Assembly: GCA_963703905.1 (NCBI GenBank)
Contig: CAVPFY010000006.1
Location: forward strand, 198,841-262,840
Direction of reading: 5' to 3'
DNA length: 64,000 bases
Source: an uncultured Chloroflexia bacterium
GTDB taxonomy: Bacteria > Chloroflexota > Dehalococcoidia > DSTF01 > WHTK01
The translations under genes were made by a program, and so were the position numbers. Positions within the stretch are counted from its first letter, which is position 1. Each line of letters starts with the position of its first letter. Shown here one piece after another: positions 27,605 through 38,555 of this stretch. Under the pieces are notes generated by a model that worked only from the letters and a program-made list of their open reading frames with translations, did no database searches and was not told the origin of the DNA.

Positions 27605-27812
27605 AATCACCGAAAAACAAAAACAATCAAAGCGAACTCTCGCTGACGGCTCCGCCTGGTCGGAACCCCCTCGCCCTTCATGCATGTCCTGAGCTGGGTC
27701 GAAGGAGGAGAGGGGGCAGGGGGAGAGGGTTCAGAGACCCCCGTCAGCGCTTGCGCACCTCCTCCCTAGGCCGGCCAGGCGCGTCTGGCGGTCGAGCAGT
27801 CCGGAATTCTGG

Positions 27813-27844
27813 CCGACAAGCCGACAAGCCGACAAGCCGACAAG
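27813..27844. repeat. Perfect tandem octamer (CCGACAAG)x4
   Basis: Directly visible as gccgacaagccgacaagccgacaagccgacaagccc, in the 450-bp noncoding region upstream of leuA/cimA. Confidence 0.9.
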
Positions 27845-28051
27845 CCCTGATCCGGCGCTCCCGCGCTGCTGAGGAGTTAAGAGAAGGCTGGCCCTTTCTC
27901 TGTTATGCTTGTACCAATGCGATTTCTCGCCATATCTCCGGAGGAAATGCCACGCGCCGTATCAACGGCGCGGGCAATTGGCGCCGCCTAGCATCGCGCG
28001 CCAATCCCGTCCTTCGCCCGGCGAGGGCAGGACGAACCGGAGGTCCCTCTC

Positions 28052-29656
<1,605 letters not shown>

Positions 29657-29679
29657 GAGAGGCGTAAAATAGGCCCACG

Positions 29680-30243
29680 ATGATCGCGCATGCCGTTAGC
29701 TACAAGTTCACTGTGGACAAGTTCGACCGCATGACCGAGGCCGGAATATTGCGCGAGGACGATCGGCTGGAGCTAATTGAAGGAGACATCGTCTGCATGC
29801 CACCCATAGGCAGTCATCACTTGTGGGCGGTCAACAGATTGACGAATGCCTTTGCCGTTCTTGCCGTTTCTCGCAGGGCGCTCATCAGCGTCCAGAACCC
29901 GATCTTCGTCAGCGACCAATCAAGGCCACAGCCGGACGTGGTCCTGCTTCCCTTCAGCGATACTCCTGACCGCGACCGTCTACCAGCGCCAGCAGACGTG
30001 CTCCTGCTTATTGAGGTTGCAGACACCTCGGTGGACTATGACCGCTTGATTAAGCTGCCCCTCTACGCCGCCGCCGGTATCACTGAGGTATGGCTGGTTG
30101 ACCTGACCGAGGACAGTGTGGAGGTCTACCGTAAACCCTCGGGTGACGCCTACACGGAAATGGTCACGCACGTTCGCGGCGACACCATCTCGCCACTGGC
30201 CTTTCCCGACTTCGTCGCCAAGGTCGAAGAGATCATCGGCTAG
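29680..30243 (+). CDS. Uma2 family endonuclease (DUF820, restriction-endonuclease-like fold)
   Basis: FTVDKFDRMTEAGILREDDRLELIEGDIVCMPPIGSHH...DVLLLIEVADTSVDYDRLIKLPLYAAAGITEVWLVDL has the family-typical ELI.G and D...EV.. catalytic signature. Confidence 0.75.
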   Translation: MIAHAVSYKFTVDKFDRMTEAGILREDDRLELIEGDIVCMPPIGSHHLWAVNRLTNAFAVLAVSRRALISVQNPIFVSDQSRPQPDVVLLPFSDTPDRDRLPAPADVLLLIEVADTSVDYDRLIKLPLYAAAGITEVWLVDLTEDSVEVYRKPSGDAYTEMVTHVRGDTISPLAFPDFVAKVEEIIG

Positions 30244-30294
30244 CCTCCGCGTACTCGAGGTCACGGCCCTTCCTCGCCCGCCCTCGGCCTGCCC

Positions 30295-30534
30295 CTAAGC
30301 CTCAAGAGCAACCCCCAGGCCGAGATCACCGCCCAGGCACCCTCCAGAAGCACGAACCCCCATTGCTTCTCTCCCAAACGCCAGCACCGCCAGGAGGGCG
30401 GAACCGGCCAGGTTGGCCAGCAAATAAGGGTAGGAGTCTTGACCGGTCAGCCGTGCCTGCGCCGCCGCGTAGCCGGCGAGGATCAGCAGCGCGCCCGCGA
30501 CCTGGAGGATGGTCCCCATTGGTTGGCAGAACAT
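30295..30534 (-). CDS. Small membrane protein (79 aa)
   Basis: Two hydrophobic helices; low support. Confidence 0.3.
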   Translation of the reverse strand: MFCQPMGTILQVAGALLILAGYAAAQARLTGQDSYPYLLANLAGSALLAVLAFGREAMGVRASGGCLGGDLGLGVALEA

Positions 30535-30559
30535 ACCGTAAGCGCGGCGGAGCCACCAA

Positions 30560-31840
30560 TTGCCGGACGACTACCTTGATTGGCAGGTTGGCCCGTCTCA
30601 GACTGAGCAGAGTCAACCGTGGCCCTGGGTTTCGATGGTCATGACATCTGATCTCTCTCGCCTGCTGGAACTGTTCGATTCGGGAGCGCTTACACGCCCG
30701 CAAGCGGGTCAGCCGAACACGGTTGACCTGGCCCGCGCGCTCGCAGTCATCGCCGGCGCACCGCGGTTCGAAGCAGAGGCCGGCGCGGAGCGCATGGCCT
30801 CGGTCATAGGCGAGCCCGACCACCTGGTCTTCGTGCTCGCCGACGGCCTGGGCATGAATCTGGTCCGGCGCCTGCCCGCGGACGCCTTCCTGCGCCGTCA
30901 TCTCGCGCTCGAGATCGACGCGGTGTTTCCGTCTTCGACGGCGCCGGCGCTGACGTCGCTGGCCACCGGCCTCTGGCCCTCCGCGCACGCCGTCCCCACA
31001 TGGTTCACCTACCTGTCCAGGCAAGGGATCACGGCGGTGGTCTTGCCGTACGCCGACCGCAAGACGGGGCTGGACCTGTCCGGCCAGCGCGTCGACGCGC
31101 GCTACGTCTTCCCCCTGCCGGCGCAGGCGCAATACTTCCGCCGGGACTTCCTCAGCTTCCAGCCGGTGCGCATCGCGAGGACCGTTTACACCCGTTACGT
31201 GACATCGGGCCCCGGCGGCGAAGGCTACGACAGCCTGGAAAGGGCGATCGATGGCATTGCCGGCAGGGTCCGCGCCGCCCGTTCGAAGACGTACACCTAC
31301 CTCTATTTCCCCGACATCGATTCCTGCGAGCACGAGGATGGCGTTGAATCGAGGTCCGCGTGGGCCCAGGTCTTGAGGCTGGAGCGCGAAATCACCCGCC
31401 TCAGTGAGATGGCGGGGCGCGCTTGCCGGGTGGTGCTTAGTGCCGACCACGGCCAGATCACCGTCCCTGACGCCGAAAAGCGCCTCCTGGACGACCGGGA
31501 CGACCTGCGTCCGATGCTGCGGGTCTGGCCGCCGGCCGGTGAGCCGCGCATGATCAGCTTCCACGTGCGCGCGGGCCAGGGGCAACGCTTCGCCGAGGCG
31601 TTCCGCGCACGCTTCGCGGATGCCTTCATCCTCCTCACCGCCGACGAGGCCGAGGAGCTTCAGCTCTTTGGCCCCGGCATCTTCTCGCCGATGGCGCGCG
31701 ACCGCGTCGGCGACTTCATCGCGATACCGACACGCGACCAGGCCATCCGCTACGCGAGGGAGCCGGGGATTGCGGCGCTGAAGGGAATGCACGGCGGCCT
31801 GTCGCCGGGGGAGATGCGAATCCCTCTGGTGGTGGGCTGA
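30560..31840 (+). CDS. Alkaline-phosphatase superfamily protein (type I phosphodiesterase/nucleotide pyrophosphatase-like)
   Basis: LVFVLADGLGMNLVRRL...LEIDAVFPSSTAPALTSLATGLWPSAHAV (metal-binding D and the nucleophile T/S context of AP-superfamily enzymes). The true start may be the internal MVMTSDLSRLL. Confidence 0.6.
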   Translation: MPDDYLDWQVGPSQTEQSQPWPWVSMVMTSDLSRLLELFDSGALTRPQAGQPNTVDLARALAVIAGAPRFEAEAGAERMASVIGEPDHLVFVLADGLGMNLVRRLPADAFLRRHLALEIDAVFPSSTAPALTSLATGLWPSAHAVPTWFTYLSRQGITAVVLPYADRKTGLDLSGQRVDARYVFPLPAQAQYFRRDFLSFQPVRIARTVYTRYVTSGPGGEGYDSLERAIDGIAGRVRAARSKTYTYLYFPDIDSCEHEDGVESRSAWAQVLRLEREITRLSEMAGRACRVVLSADHGQITVPDAEKRLLDDRDDLRPMLRVWPPAGEPRMISFHVRAGQGQRFAEAFRARFADAFILLTADEAEELQLFGPGIFSPMARDRVGDFIAIPTRDQAIRYAREPGIAALKGMHGGLSPGEMRIPLVVG

Positions 31841-31841
31841 A

Positions 31842-32207
31842 TTAGGCGTCGTTCAATTCCAAGAGTCCACGGAGGCGCACGGACACTGCTCGCATCGTCG
31901 GCCTGGAAACAGTCCCGATAACATGAGTCAGACGGGTTTTATCAAGAGCGCGAATTTGCTCACAAAGAATATCGCTTTCTAAGTCCAAACCTCCCTCCGG
32001 TGGCCGCACTCTCACGTGCATCGGCCATGCCCGCAGACGGGAGGTCACCGGGAGTACGACAACGAGAGGACTAGGACCTGACAGGTAGGTGTCGGCCGAG
32101 ATGATCAACAAGGGCCTTCGGCCCGATTGCTCGTGGCCTGAGGTGGCGTCCAAGGTTCCAAGCCAGATTTCACCTCGTTTCACAGAGGCCGCCCGTCCGG
32201 CCCCCAC
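31842..32207 (-). CDS. mazF: MazF/PemK family type II toxin (endoribonuclease)
   Basis: VKRGEIWLGTLDATSGHEQSGRRPLLIISADTYLSGPSPLVVVLPVTS...LESDILCEQIRALDKTRL is a canonical PemK/MazF pattern. Overlaps the upstream antitoxin gene. Confidence 0.75.
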   Translation of the reverse strand: MGAGRAASVKRGEIWLGTLDATSGHEQSGRRPLLIISADTYLSGPSPLVVVLPVTSRLRAWPMHVRVRPPEGGLDLESDILCEQIRALDKTRLTHVIGTVSRPTMRAVSVRLRGLLELNDA

Positions 32208-32503
32208 TTCTCGTCGGGGTCGAGGCCGTCCATCAGAGTGCCGTCGAACTCCTTGATTTCCTCAAGGTAGTCCGCCCAGGCGGCCGGATCCTCGCGAAGG
32301 CGCGCATATGCTTCATTCGTCTCGCGAAGGAGGTTCTCGGCCCAGGCTCTCTCGCTGGCTGCGACTACCGACGCGGGCCGGAGGAGGACCCCATCGTCGA
32401 CCGCTTCGGCGACCATGAGGTCACCCGCGTCCAGGCCAAGTTGCTTTCGCAGGCGGGAGGGAATGACGACAGTCCCGCGTTTGCCCATTCGAGTGGTTTC
32501 CAT
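32180..32503 (-). CDS. mazE: MazE/AbrB-SpoVT family antitoxin
   Basis: GKRGTVVIPSRLRKQLGLDAGDLMVAEAVDDGVLLRP swapped-hairpin motif. Positioned 5' of mazF with a 28-nt overlap. Confidence 0.7.
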   Translation of the reverse strand: METTRMGKRGTVVIPSRLRKQLGLDAGDLMVAEAVDDGVLLRPASVVAASERAWAENLLRETNEAYARLREDPAAWADYLEEIKEFDGTLMDGLDPDEKWGPDGRPL

Positions 32504-32600
32504 ACAGAACCTCTGATCTTCTGATCTTCAGACTATCAGACAACGAACGCAGACGGCCAGCGCGAAATCCGGTCCATCGACGGCGGTGGTCAGCCTTGCG

Positions 32601-33701
32601 CTAACGCTGGTAAAGGAAAATGCCTTGCGCGGTCTGGCCGTCGGGCGAGATCACCAGCACGGTGCTGCCCACGGCGATGTCACCGGGAGCGATCGGTTGG
32701 TTCGCGCGCCGGAACTCGGTGGAGCTGTTAATCGCGTAGGTGGCGTCGGCACCCTGCTCCAGGCGCGTGACTGTGATTGACGTCTCGCTGATCGACTTCA
32801 CGGTGCCGATGGCGAGGCCGTTATTGCCCTGGGCCAGGCGCTGGAGCTGCTGCGGCGTGTACCGCCCGGTCTGAGCCAGCTCTCGCAGGCGGTCCTGCAG
32901 CGCTGGAGGCAGGTTTTCGAACCCCGGGAAGAGCGACGCGGAGGCGAGAGTTACCTGAAGCGTCATCTGATCCGTCCCGCGCAGTACACCCAGGGCGATC
33001 TGTTGGCCGGCCGGGGCCATCACCACCGCTCGCGTCAGGTCTTCGACGGTGCTTACCGGACGCCCGTTGGCGGTGAGGACAATGTCGCCCGCCTTCACGC
33101 CCGCGGCGGCCGCCGGCGTGTTCGGCTGCACCTGGATCACGACGAGCCCGTTGTCCCGCGTGAGGCCGTAGCGCGCCTTGAGTTCGGGCGTGTTGTTCTG
33201 GACCTGGACACCAAGCTGGCCCCGGTTGGCGGCGTTGCCGCCCGCGCCCGGGTTCTGCGGCTGAGTCTGGGCGGAGGGCGCGTTCGCCTCGATCTGGGCA
33301 TCGGCCGGCGCTTCGGTAAGCTTCACCGACGCCTGCAGCTCCTTGTCACCGCGGTCGAAGGTGATGTTCACTTGGGCGCCCGGCGCCTTCGACTCGATGG
33401 CGTTGCGGAGCTGCTCCGGCGTGCGCACCAGCTGCCCGTCGAGCGACCTGAGGGAGTCGCCAACCTGGATGCCCGCCCTGGCCGCCGGGCCGTCAGCTTC
33501 GATCGACGCGACTCGCAGGCCCTGCGACGGGTTCGCTGTCACGGTCAGGCCCAGGTAACCCTTGCCCGAACCGGCGTTGCGCGCGGCGGCCTTATCCTCG
33601 TCGTTACCACCAACGACCAGCAGGGCAGCGACGGCGCCCGTCGCGATCAGCAGGGCCGCGCCCGCGGCGATCAGGCCGATCATGAGCCTGCGCGGCATCA
33701 C
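32601..33701 (-). CDS. Membrane-anchored protein with two PDZ domains
   Basis: N-terminal TM helix, then GLRVASIEADGPAARAGIQVGDSLRSLDGQLV and GLVVIQVQPNTPAAAAGVKAGDIVLTANGRPV (PDZ GLGF-type loops). No trypsin domain. Confidence 0.65.
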   Translation of the reverse strand: MMPRRLMIGLIAAGAALLIATGAVAALLVVGGNDEDKAAARNAGSGKGYLGLTVTANPSQGLRVASIEADGPAARAGIQVGDSLRSLDGQLVRTPEQLRNAIESKAPGAQVNITFDRGDKELQASVKLTEAPADAQIEANAPSAQTQPQNPGAGGNAANRGQLGVQVQNNTPELKARYGLTRDNGLVVIQVQPNTPAAAAGVKAGDIVLTANGRPVSTVEDLTRAVVMAPAGQQIALGVLRGTDQMTLQVTLASASLFPGFENLPPALQDRLRELAQTGRYTPQQLQRLAQGNNGLAIGTVKSISETSITVTRLEQGADATYAINSSTEFRRANQPIAPGDIAVGSTVLVISPDGQTAQGIFLYQR

Positions 33702-35194
33702 TCGCTCCCCCGCGGCTCCCTGGAGTGCGCCGCCGGCGGCCGGATACCATCCAGGGGGATGGAGATCAAGAACTCGGTGCCGCCACCGCGGCTGCTCTCG
33801 ACCGTGACGCTGCCACCGTGGGCCTCGACGATGTCCTGGGTGATCGCCAACCCCAGTCCCGTGTTGCCGTTGGCGCGGGCTTTTACGGGGTCCACCTGGA
33901 AGAACCGTTCGAATATGTGGGGCATCGCTTCCGGCGCGATGTAAGAGCCCGTGTTGTGCACCGACAACCGCACGGTCCCGTCCGCTGCCGCCGAGCTCAG
34001 CGTGATGCGGCCCCCCGGCGGGGTATGGCGCACGGCGTTGTCGACAAGGTTGGCGACGGCCTGCTCGATGCGTCTGGCGTCCGCCTGCATCACCGGATTC
34101 GGCCCCGGCTTCACGTCGATCTCGACGCCGGCGTGCTCGGCGCGGCGGCGGAAGCGCTCGGCCGTGTCGCGCAGCAGGTCGGAAGGGTTCATCGGCTCGC
34201 CCTGGAGGATCACCTGGCCGGCCTCTACCTGAGACAGATAGAGGAGGTCGTCGACCAACCCGCGCATGCGCACGGCTTCGTCGTTGATGATCTTCGCGGC
34301 CTCCTGGTAGTCTTCCGGCTTCTGCAGCGCGCCATCGATCATCGCCTGCGAGAAGCCCTGGACCGACGTTAGCGGCGTCTTGAGCTCGTGGGAGACGTTG
34401 GCCAGGAACTCCTTGAGGGTGCGATGTGAGCGGTTGACCTGGTTGGCCATGTTGTTGAAGGCCTGGGACAGCCGGCGGACCTCTTCGCTGCCGCCACCCG
34501 GCAGATGCTGGTCGTAGTTTCCCGTCGCCATTGCTTCCGAGGCCGCGGTGATCTGGCGCAGCGGGCGCGTGATGGAGCGGGCCAGCAAGCTGGCGGAGAC
34601 GACGCCGACGACCAGCGCCACCCCGCCGGCGAAGAACAGCCTGGGCAGCAGGTCGCGCCAGGCCTGGCGGACATCGGCGGCGTCCACGGCGACAACGGCC
34701 TGGTACTTCGGCACGAACGCGACCGGGGAGCCAGGGATGGTTGCGAATGAGCCGCGGGGTGAGCTGAAGATGATCAGGTTGTCGGGCCCGTTCTGGTAGC
34801 GGTTCATCCGAAAACGGGATGCGTCCAGCGGCCGCGCTGGAATGCCCTCCTCGGCCAGTTGCGAGATCTTCTGGCCGCGGAGGGTCTGGTCGGAGTCGCC
34901 GACGACGGTCGCGTCGGTATCGATTAGGAGAATGCGGACGTCGTAGCGTTCTTCCAGGGCGGCCTGAATGATCTCCGGGTTGGTGAAGCCGCTGGCTTCG
35001 AGGAAGGTCTCAGCCTGAGCGACAGGCTCCGCCAGGCGGCTGACGCGCTCTCTGGCCGCTTTCTCCTGCTCGGCTTTCAAGAGGTAGATGGTAGTAGTGC
35101 CGGCGAGGAACAGGCTGAGGAAGATCAGCACGCCAAAGGCGAGTATGAGCCTACTTCTTAGGCTTTGCGGTGCTAGCTTCCTCATCCAGGACAA
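33698..35194 (-). CDS. Sensor histidine kinase (TM, HAMP, HisKA, HATPase_c)
   Basis: VSHELKTPLTSVQGF (H-box), VANLVDNAVRHT (N-box), NTGLGLAITQDIVEAHGG (G2-box). Confidence 0.8.
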   Translation of the reverse strand: MSWMRKLAPQSLRSRLILAFGVLIFLSLFLAGTTTIYLLKAEQEKAARERVSRLAEPVAQAETFLEASGFTNPEIIQAALEERYDVRILLIDTDATVVGDSDQTLRGQKISQLAEEGIPARPLDASRFRMNRYQNGPDNLIIFSSPRGSFATIPGSPVAFVPKYQAVVAVDAADVRQAWRDLLPRLFFAGGVALVVGVVSASLLARSITRPLRQITAASEAMATGNYDQHLPGGGSEEVRRLSQAFNNMANQVNRSHRTLKEFLANVSHELKTPLTSVQGFSQAMIDGALQKPEDYQEAAKIINDEAVRMRGLVDDLLYLSQVEAGQVILQGEPMNPSDLLRDTAERFRRRAEHAGVEIDVKPGPNPVMQADARRIEQAVANLVDNAVRHTPPGGRITLSSAAADGTVRLSVHNTGSYIAPEAMPHIFERFFQVDPVKARANGNTGLGLAITQDIVEAHGGSVTVESSRGGGTEFLISIPLDGIRPPAAHSREPRGSE

Positions 35195-35894
35195 GCTTGT
35201 ACCCTACCCCCCAGACCGTCTGCACGCGGGCCGTTGCCCCTTGAAGCTTGTCACGCAGCCAGGCGACGTGCACATCTATGGTACGCGTGTCCCCGTAAAA
35301 GTCCTGCCCCCAGACCAGGCTTAGCAGCCGTTCGCGGTCCAGGACCACGCCCTGGTACTTCATGAAGGCCGACAGGAGGTCGAATTCCTTGGCGCGGAGG
35401 CTTATCGCCTTGCCGGCGACGCTGACCTCGCGGCGGGCAGGGTCCAGGCGGATGTCGCCGACCTCCAGCACCGTCTCGGGGTCCATGCGGCCCTGGCTGC
35501 GACGCAGCACGGCCTTGACGCGCGCCACAAGCTCGCGCGGGTTGAAGGGCTTGGTCACGTAGTCATCGGCGCCGATCTCGAGGCCGACGATTTTGTCGAC
35601 GTCATCGTTGCGGGCCGTGAGGATGATCACCGGGACGCTGGAGGTCTTGCGGATCTCCTTGCAGACGGAGAGGCCGTCCATCTCCGGCATCATCAGGTCC
35701 AGGACGATGAGGTCTGGATTGACGGTGCGGGCTTTTTCGAGCGCCTGCTTGCCGTCATGCGCCTCCTCGACGCGGAACCCCTCGTTAGAGAGATAGAGCC
35801 GCGCCAGCTGGAGAATGTTCTTCTCGTCGTCGACTACAAGGATTGTATTTGCCATATTTCGGGGCGGGCCGATTACGCTCTCAGTGACCACCAT
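35151..35894 (-). CDS. OmpR/PhoB-family response regulator
   Basis: ILVVDDEKNILQLARLYL...DLIVLDLMMPEMDG...ADDYVTKPF (receiver), then a winged-helix DNA-binding region ...VWGVGYKL. Confidence 0.85.
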   Translation of the reverse strand: MVVTESVIGPPRNMANTILVVDDEKNILQLARLYLSNEGFRVEEAHDGKQALEKARTVNPDLIVLDLMMPEMDGLSVCKEIRKTSSVPVIILTARNDDVDKIVGLEIGADDYVTKPFNPRELVARVKAVLRRSQGRMDPETVLEVGDIRLDPARREVSVAGKAISLRAKEFDLLSAFMKYQGVVLDRERLLSLVWGQDFYGDTRTIDVHVAWLRDKLQGATARVQTVWGVGYKLVLDEEASTAKPKK

Positions 35895-36060
35895 ACCAAC
35901 ACCCCACTTCCACCGCCAGCGGCCGACCCGCCCTCCTGACTGAGTATCGGTGAGCGGTGCGAAGGTTCAGTGAGGTTAAGCCTAAATAAGTGTTAACGCA
36001 GTCTTGACTGTCGCGTTAGGAGAAAAATAGAATCCAACCGAGACCTATAGGAGGGAAATA

Positions 36061-36576
36061 GTGAATTCGACAGATCATGCCCGCTTACTCGTCAGAGTCG
36101 CTGGAAAACTCAAAGGCAACGAGAATGAAGATGATCGTGCAGATCTACTCAAGTGGGCCGACGACCTTCTCGCAACCGTGGCCCGGACCGAGGTCGTCGG
36201 CGCAGAGAGCCTGACGAACGCCGTCCGTCCGGCGATCTTGCGTTTGCCGCTCGCCGTCCACAAGGTGTTCAAGCATCAACGCTACGAGGCGAAGTTGCTG
36301 CCCGGATGGCGCGTGAATTATGCGGGTGTGACCTTCAAGTCCCCATCTGCCGCTGCCATCGCGATCACAAACACCAACCAAAATGGATGGAGGTTCTGGC
36401 GCTACACCGATCCTCTGTTGGGCCCGGACCGGAGCATCGAGGACCTGCGGCACACTACCGGGGTTCATCTCGCTGAGGCGATAGCGTCCAACCCGAGATT
36501 CGTCGAAGGTGTTCGTAAGGGAGTCGCGGAGCTAAATCAAGGCGCCCGCGAACGTGTTGCCGTCAGGGAGCGCTGA
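36061..36576 (+). CDS. Hypothetical protein (171 aa)
   Basis: Intact ORF. Its TGA overlaps the ATG of the next gene as ATGA. Contains a ...GVTFKSPSAAAIAITNTNQNGWRFW motif. Confidence 0.45.
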   Translation: MNSTDHARLLVRVAGKLKGNENEDDRADLLKWADDLLATVARTEVVGAESLTNAVRPAILRLPLAVHKVFKHQRYEAKLLPGWRVNYAGVTFKSPSAAAIAITNTNQNGWRFWRYTDPLLGPDRSIEDLRHTTGVHLAEAIASNPRFVEGVRKGVAELNQGARERVAVRER

Positions 36577-36848
36577 TGGCGTCTGACTGGTACTTCCAGT
36601 CCAGTCAGACTCGCGCTTTTGTCGAATCCCTGTCCCCCGACTTTCGGGAAGTGTGGGATTGGGTGATGGGCGACCTCCTCCTCGACCCAACTCCGGACGA
36701 GGTTCGGAAAGTCTCCTTGCCAGCACCACCTTTTGAGGAAGGACTGTGCGGCACGTGGTCTGGCATGTTCTGGCTCGTGTACAGGATCACGAATCCGGAA
36801 GTGGTTGAGATAGTGTTCGCGGGCTGGAGTCCCGACTCAACGCTCTGA
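36576..36848 (+). CDS. Hypothetical small protein (90 aa), possibly a RelE/ParE-fold toxin-like protein
   Basis: C-terminal ...FWLVYRITNPEVVEIVFAGWS resembles the terminal beta-strands of RelE/ParE toxins. Weak. Confidence 0.35.
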   Translation: MASDWYFQSSQTRAFVESLSPDFREVWDWVMGDLLLDPTPDEVRKVSLPAPPFEEGLCGTWSGMFWLVYRITNPEVVEIVFAGWSPDSTL

Positions 36849-36925
36849 GGATTGACGAGGAATAGGAAAGGAGCCCGAGGCGTATGCCTCGAGTTCCCGT
36901 TGCTCGCGATCGGAACCGACTGAGC

Positions 36926-37927
36926 CTACTCGGCGTTGTACTGCGGGGTGCTGAAGTCATCGAAGATTACGGTTATGGTCTTCGCCGTTTTGTCAATCAC
37001 ATAGCTGGGTGAGACCACGTCGTTGTTGTTCATCCCGTCGTTCCAGAGTAGGGAGGGTGGGTTCTGGGTGGGGTCGTAGTAGAAGACCACGGTCAGCATC
37101 GTCTCTGTGCTAGTGACCTGGCAGAAGGAGACCGGCACGGGGGCTCCTGCGCTGTATTGGAAGAAGAAGCTAATGAGCGGGAAGAAGCTAATGAGCGTGC
37201 ACGCCGGCGGCGTGGGCGTCGCGGTCGGCGGTACCGGCGTTGCCGTTGGCGGGACCGTCGTGTTTGTCGCCGTTGGTGTCGCAGTGCTGGTGCGCGTGGC
37301 CGTTGGCGGGACCGAAGTGTTCGCCGCCGTAGGCGTCCGAGTGGCGGCCGGGCTTGGGGTTCGAGTGGCGGTGCGCGGACAACCGTTGTTATCGACGGGC
37401 GTGTTCGCCGGAGTGTTGGGGCAGCGGTCCCAGCCGTTGCAATAGCCGCTGAACCAGGTGCCCGGGTCGCAGACGCCATCGCCATCCGAGTCCGTTTGCT
37501 GGCGTGAGCAGCCGTAGTTGTCGACCGGCGACCCGGCAGCGGTGCCGGGGCAGAAGTCCCACCCGCGGCAGAGGCTGCTGGAACGCAGGAAGTTGCAGAT
37601 GCCGTCGCCGTCTTCATCGACCTGGCGTTGCGAGCAGCCATTGCTGTCGACTTTGGCGCCGGCGGCGGTGTCGCGACAGAGGTCGGTGCCGCGGCAATTG
37701 CCGGTGCGGCGGCCTCTATCGCAGACGCCGTCGTTGTCCTGGTCGCCCGGCACCGCCAGGGTCAGGGACTCGGCGCAATTTGCGGCCTCTGTCATAAGAT
37801 CGCAGTCGCCTGACCCGCCCGCACGCGCGGCCTGGGCTGGTTTGGGCGAGCCCGCGACGGCGAGGCCCAGCATGACCAGCGCCAGGAGTCCGGCAAAAGT
37901 AGCTATGGAGAAACGCCTCACGTCCAT
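36926..37927 (-). CDS. Secreted protein with thrombospondin-type-3-like Ca-binding repeats and a Thr/Pro-rich linker
   Basis: Signal peptide. DQDNDGVCDRG, DEDGDGICNF and DSDGDGVCDPG (DxDxDGxxD motifs) each have flanking Cys pairs. Then TATRTPSPAATRTPTAANTSVPPTATRTSTATPTATNTTVPPTATPVPPTATPTPP. Confidence 0.6.
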   Translation of the reverse strand: MDVRRFSIATFAGLLALVMLGLAVAGSPKPAQAARAGGSGDCDLMTEAANCAESLTLAVPGDQDNDGVCDRGRRTGNCRGTDLCRDTAAGAKVDSNGCSQRQVDEDGDGICNFLRSSSLCRGWDFCPGTAAGSPVDNYGCSRQQTDSDGDGVCDPGTWFSGYCNGWDRCPNTPANTPVDNNGCPRTATRTPSPAATRTPTAANTSVPPTATRTSTATPTATNTTVPPTATPVPPTATPTPPACTLISFFPLISFFFQYSAGAPVPVSFCQVTSTETMLTVVFYYDPTQNPPSLLWNDGMNNNDVVSPSYVIDKTAKTITVIFDDFSTPQYNAE

Positions 37928-38148
37928 CGGGACCCTCGTCTTTCCTTCATCCGCGGGAGTACAAGCTTAGAATCGGCGCTTCGATTGCGATTCTGTTGTT
38001 TCGAGTTGAAATATTTCTGGCGGCCGCGCGTTCCGCCACGCGGCGACGGCGCCCTAACCGCAGGCCGGGCAGGACCTCAACGCCGAGGATTATCAAGCCG
38101 TCGCCGGCGCGGGGCCGGTGTTTTGGAAGAGTGGTGGTCTTCGAAGGG

Positions 38149-38550
38149 TCAGGCTGGTTCGAAGCGCAGGAGGGTCAGGTCCGTGCCGGCAACGTCTTCG
38201 AACACAGGGCGGAGGCGCATCCCAACCTTGATCTCCGACTCTTCGACATTGACGAGCGTGGTGGTCAGCCGTGGGCCAGCGTCCAGCTCCACGATCGCGA
38301 TCTTCTGGGGAGTTTCGTCCTGGAACTGGGGCGCCGTCGGCCTGCGGGCGATTGTGAAGGTGTAGAGCGTCCCCGCGCCGGGTACGTCGGTCCAGGAAAG
38401 GTCGTCGCCCAGGCATGAAGGGCAGTTGGAGCGCGGGTAGAACACCAGCTTCTGGCAGCCGGCGCAGCGCTGCATTCGGATTTTGCGCTCTTTGAGGCCG
38501 TCCCAGAACGGCTTCGAGGTCGGCGTCGGGACCGGCAGCGGTTTCTCCAC
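38149..38550 (-). CDS. Zn-ribbon/OB-fold DUF35 protein (thiolase partner)
   Basis: CAGCQKLVFYPRSNCPSCLGDDLSW (rubredoxin-like C4), then an OB-fold region. Directly downstream of the thiolase. Confidence 0.7.
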   Translation of the reverse strand: MEKPLPVPTPTSKPFWDGLKERKIRMQRCAGCQKLVFYPRSNCPSCLGDDLSWTDVPGAGTLYTFTIARRPTAPQFQDETPQKIAIVELDAGPRLTTTLVNVEESEIKVGMRLRPVFEDVAGTDLTLLRFEPA

Positions 38551-38555
38551 GGCGC

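Noticed and set aside
26678-27685. 335-aa minus-strand ORF in the high-GC segment right of the island
   Set aside because: Low-complexity Arg/Ala/Gly translation. It overlaps the plus-strand 27119..27604 ORF, which has a strong Shine-Dalgarno and a recognizable motif.
30326-31792. 488-aa minus-strand ORF
   Set aside because: Antisense to the AP-superfamily phosphodiesterase gene, with low-complexity Arg-rich translation.
30560-31840. AP-superfamily protein as PglZ of a BREX system
   Set aside because: There is no PglX methyltransferase, BrxC ATPase or BrxL nearby. It lies 4 kb outside the AT-richer island in normal high-GC context, and its motifs fit generic type I phosphodiesterase/nucleotide pyrophosphatase.
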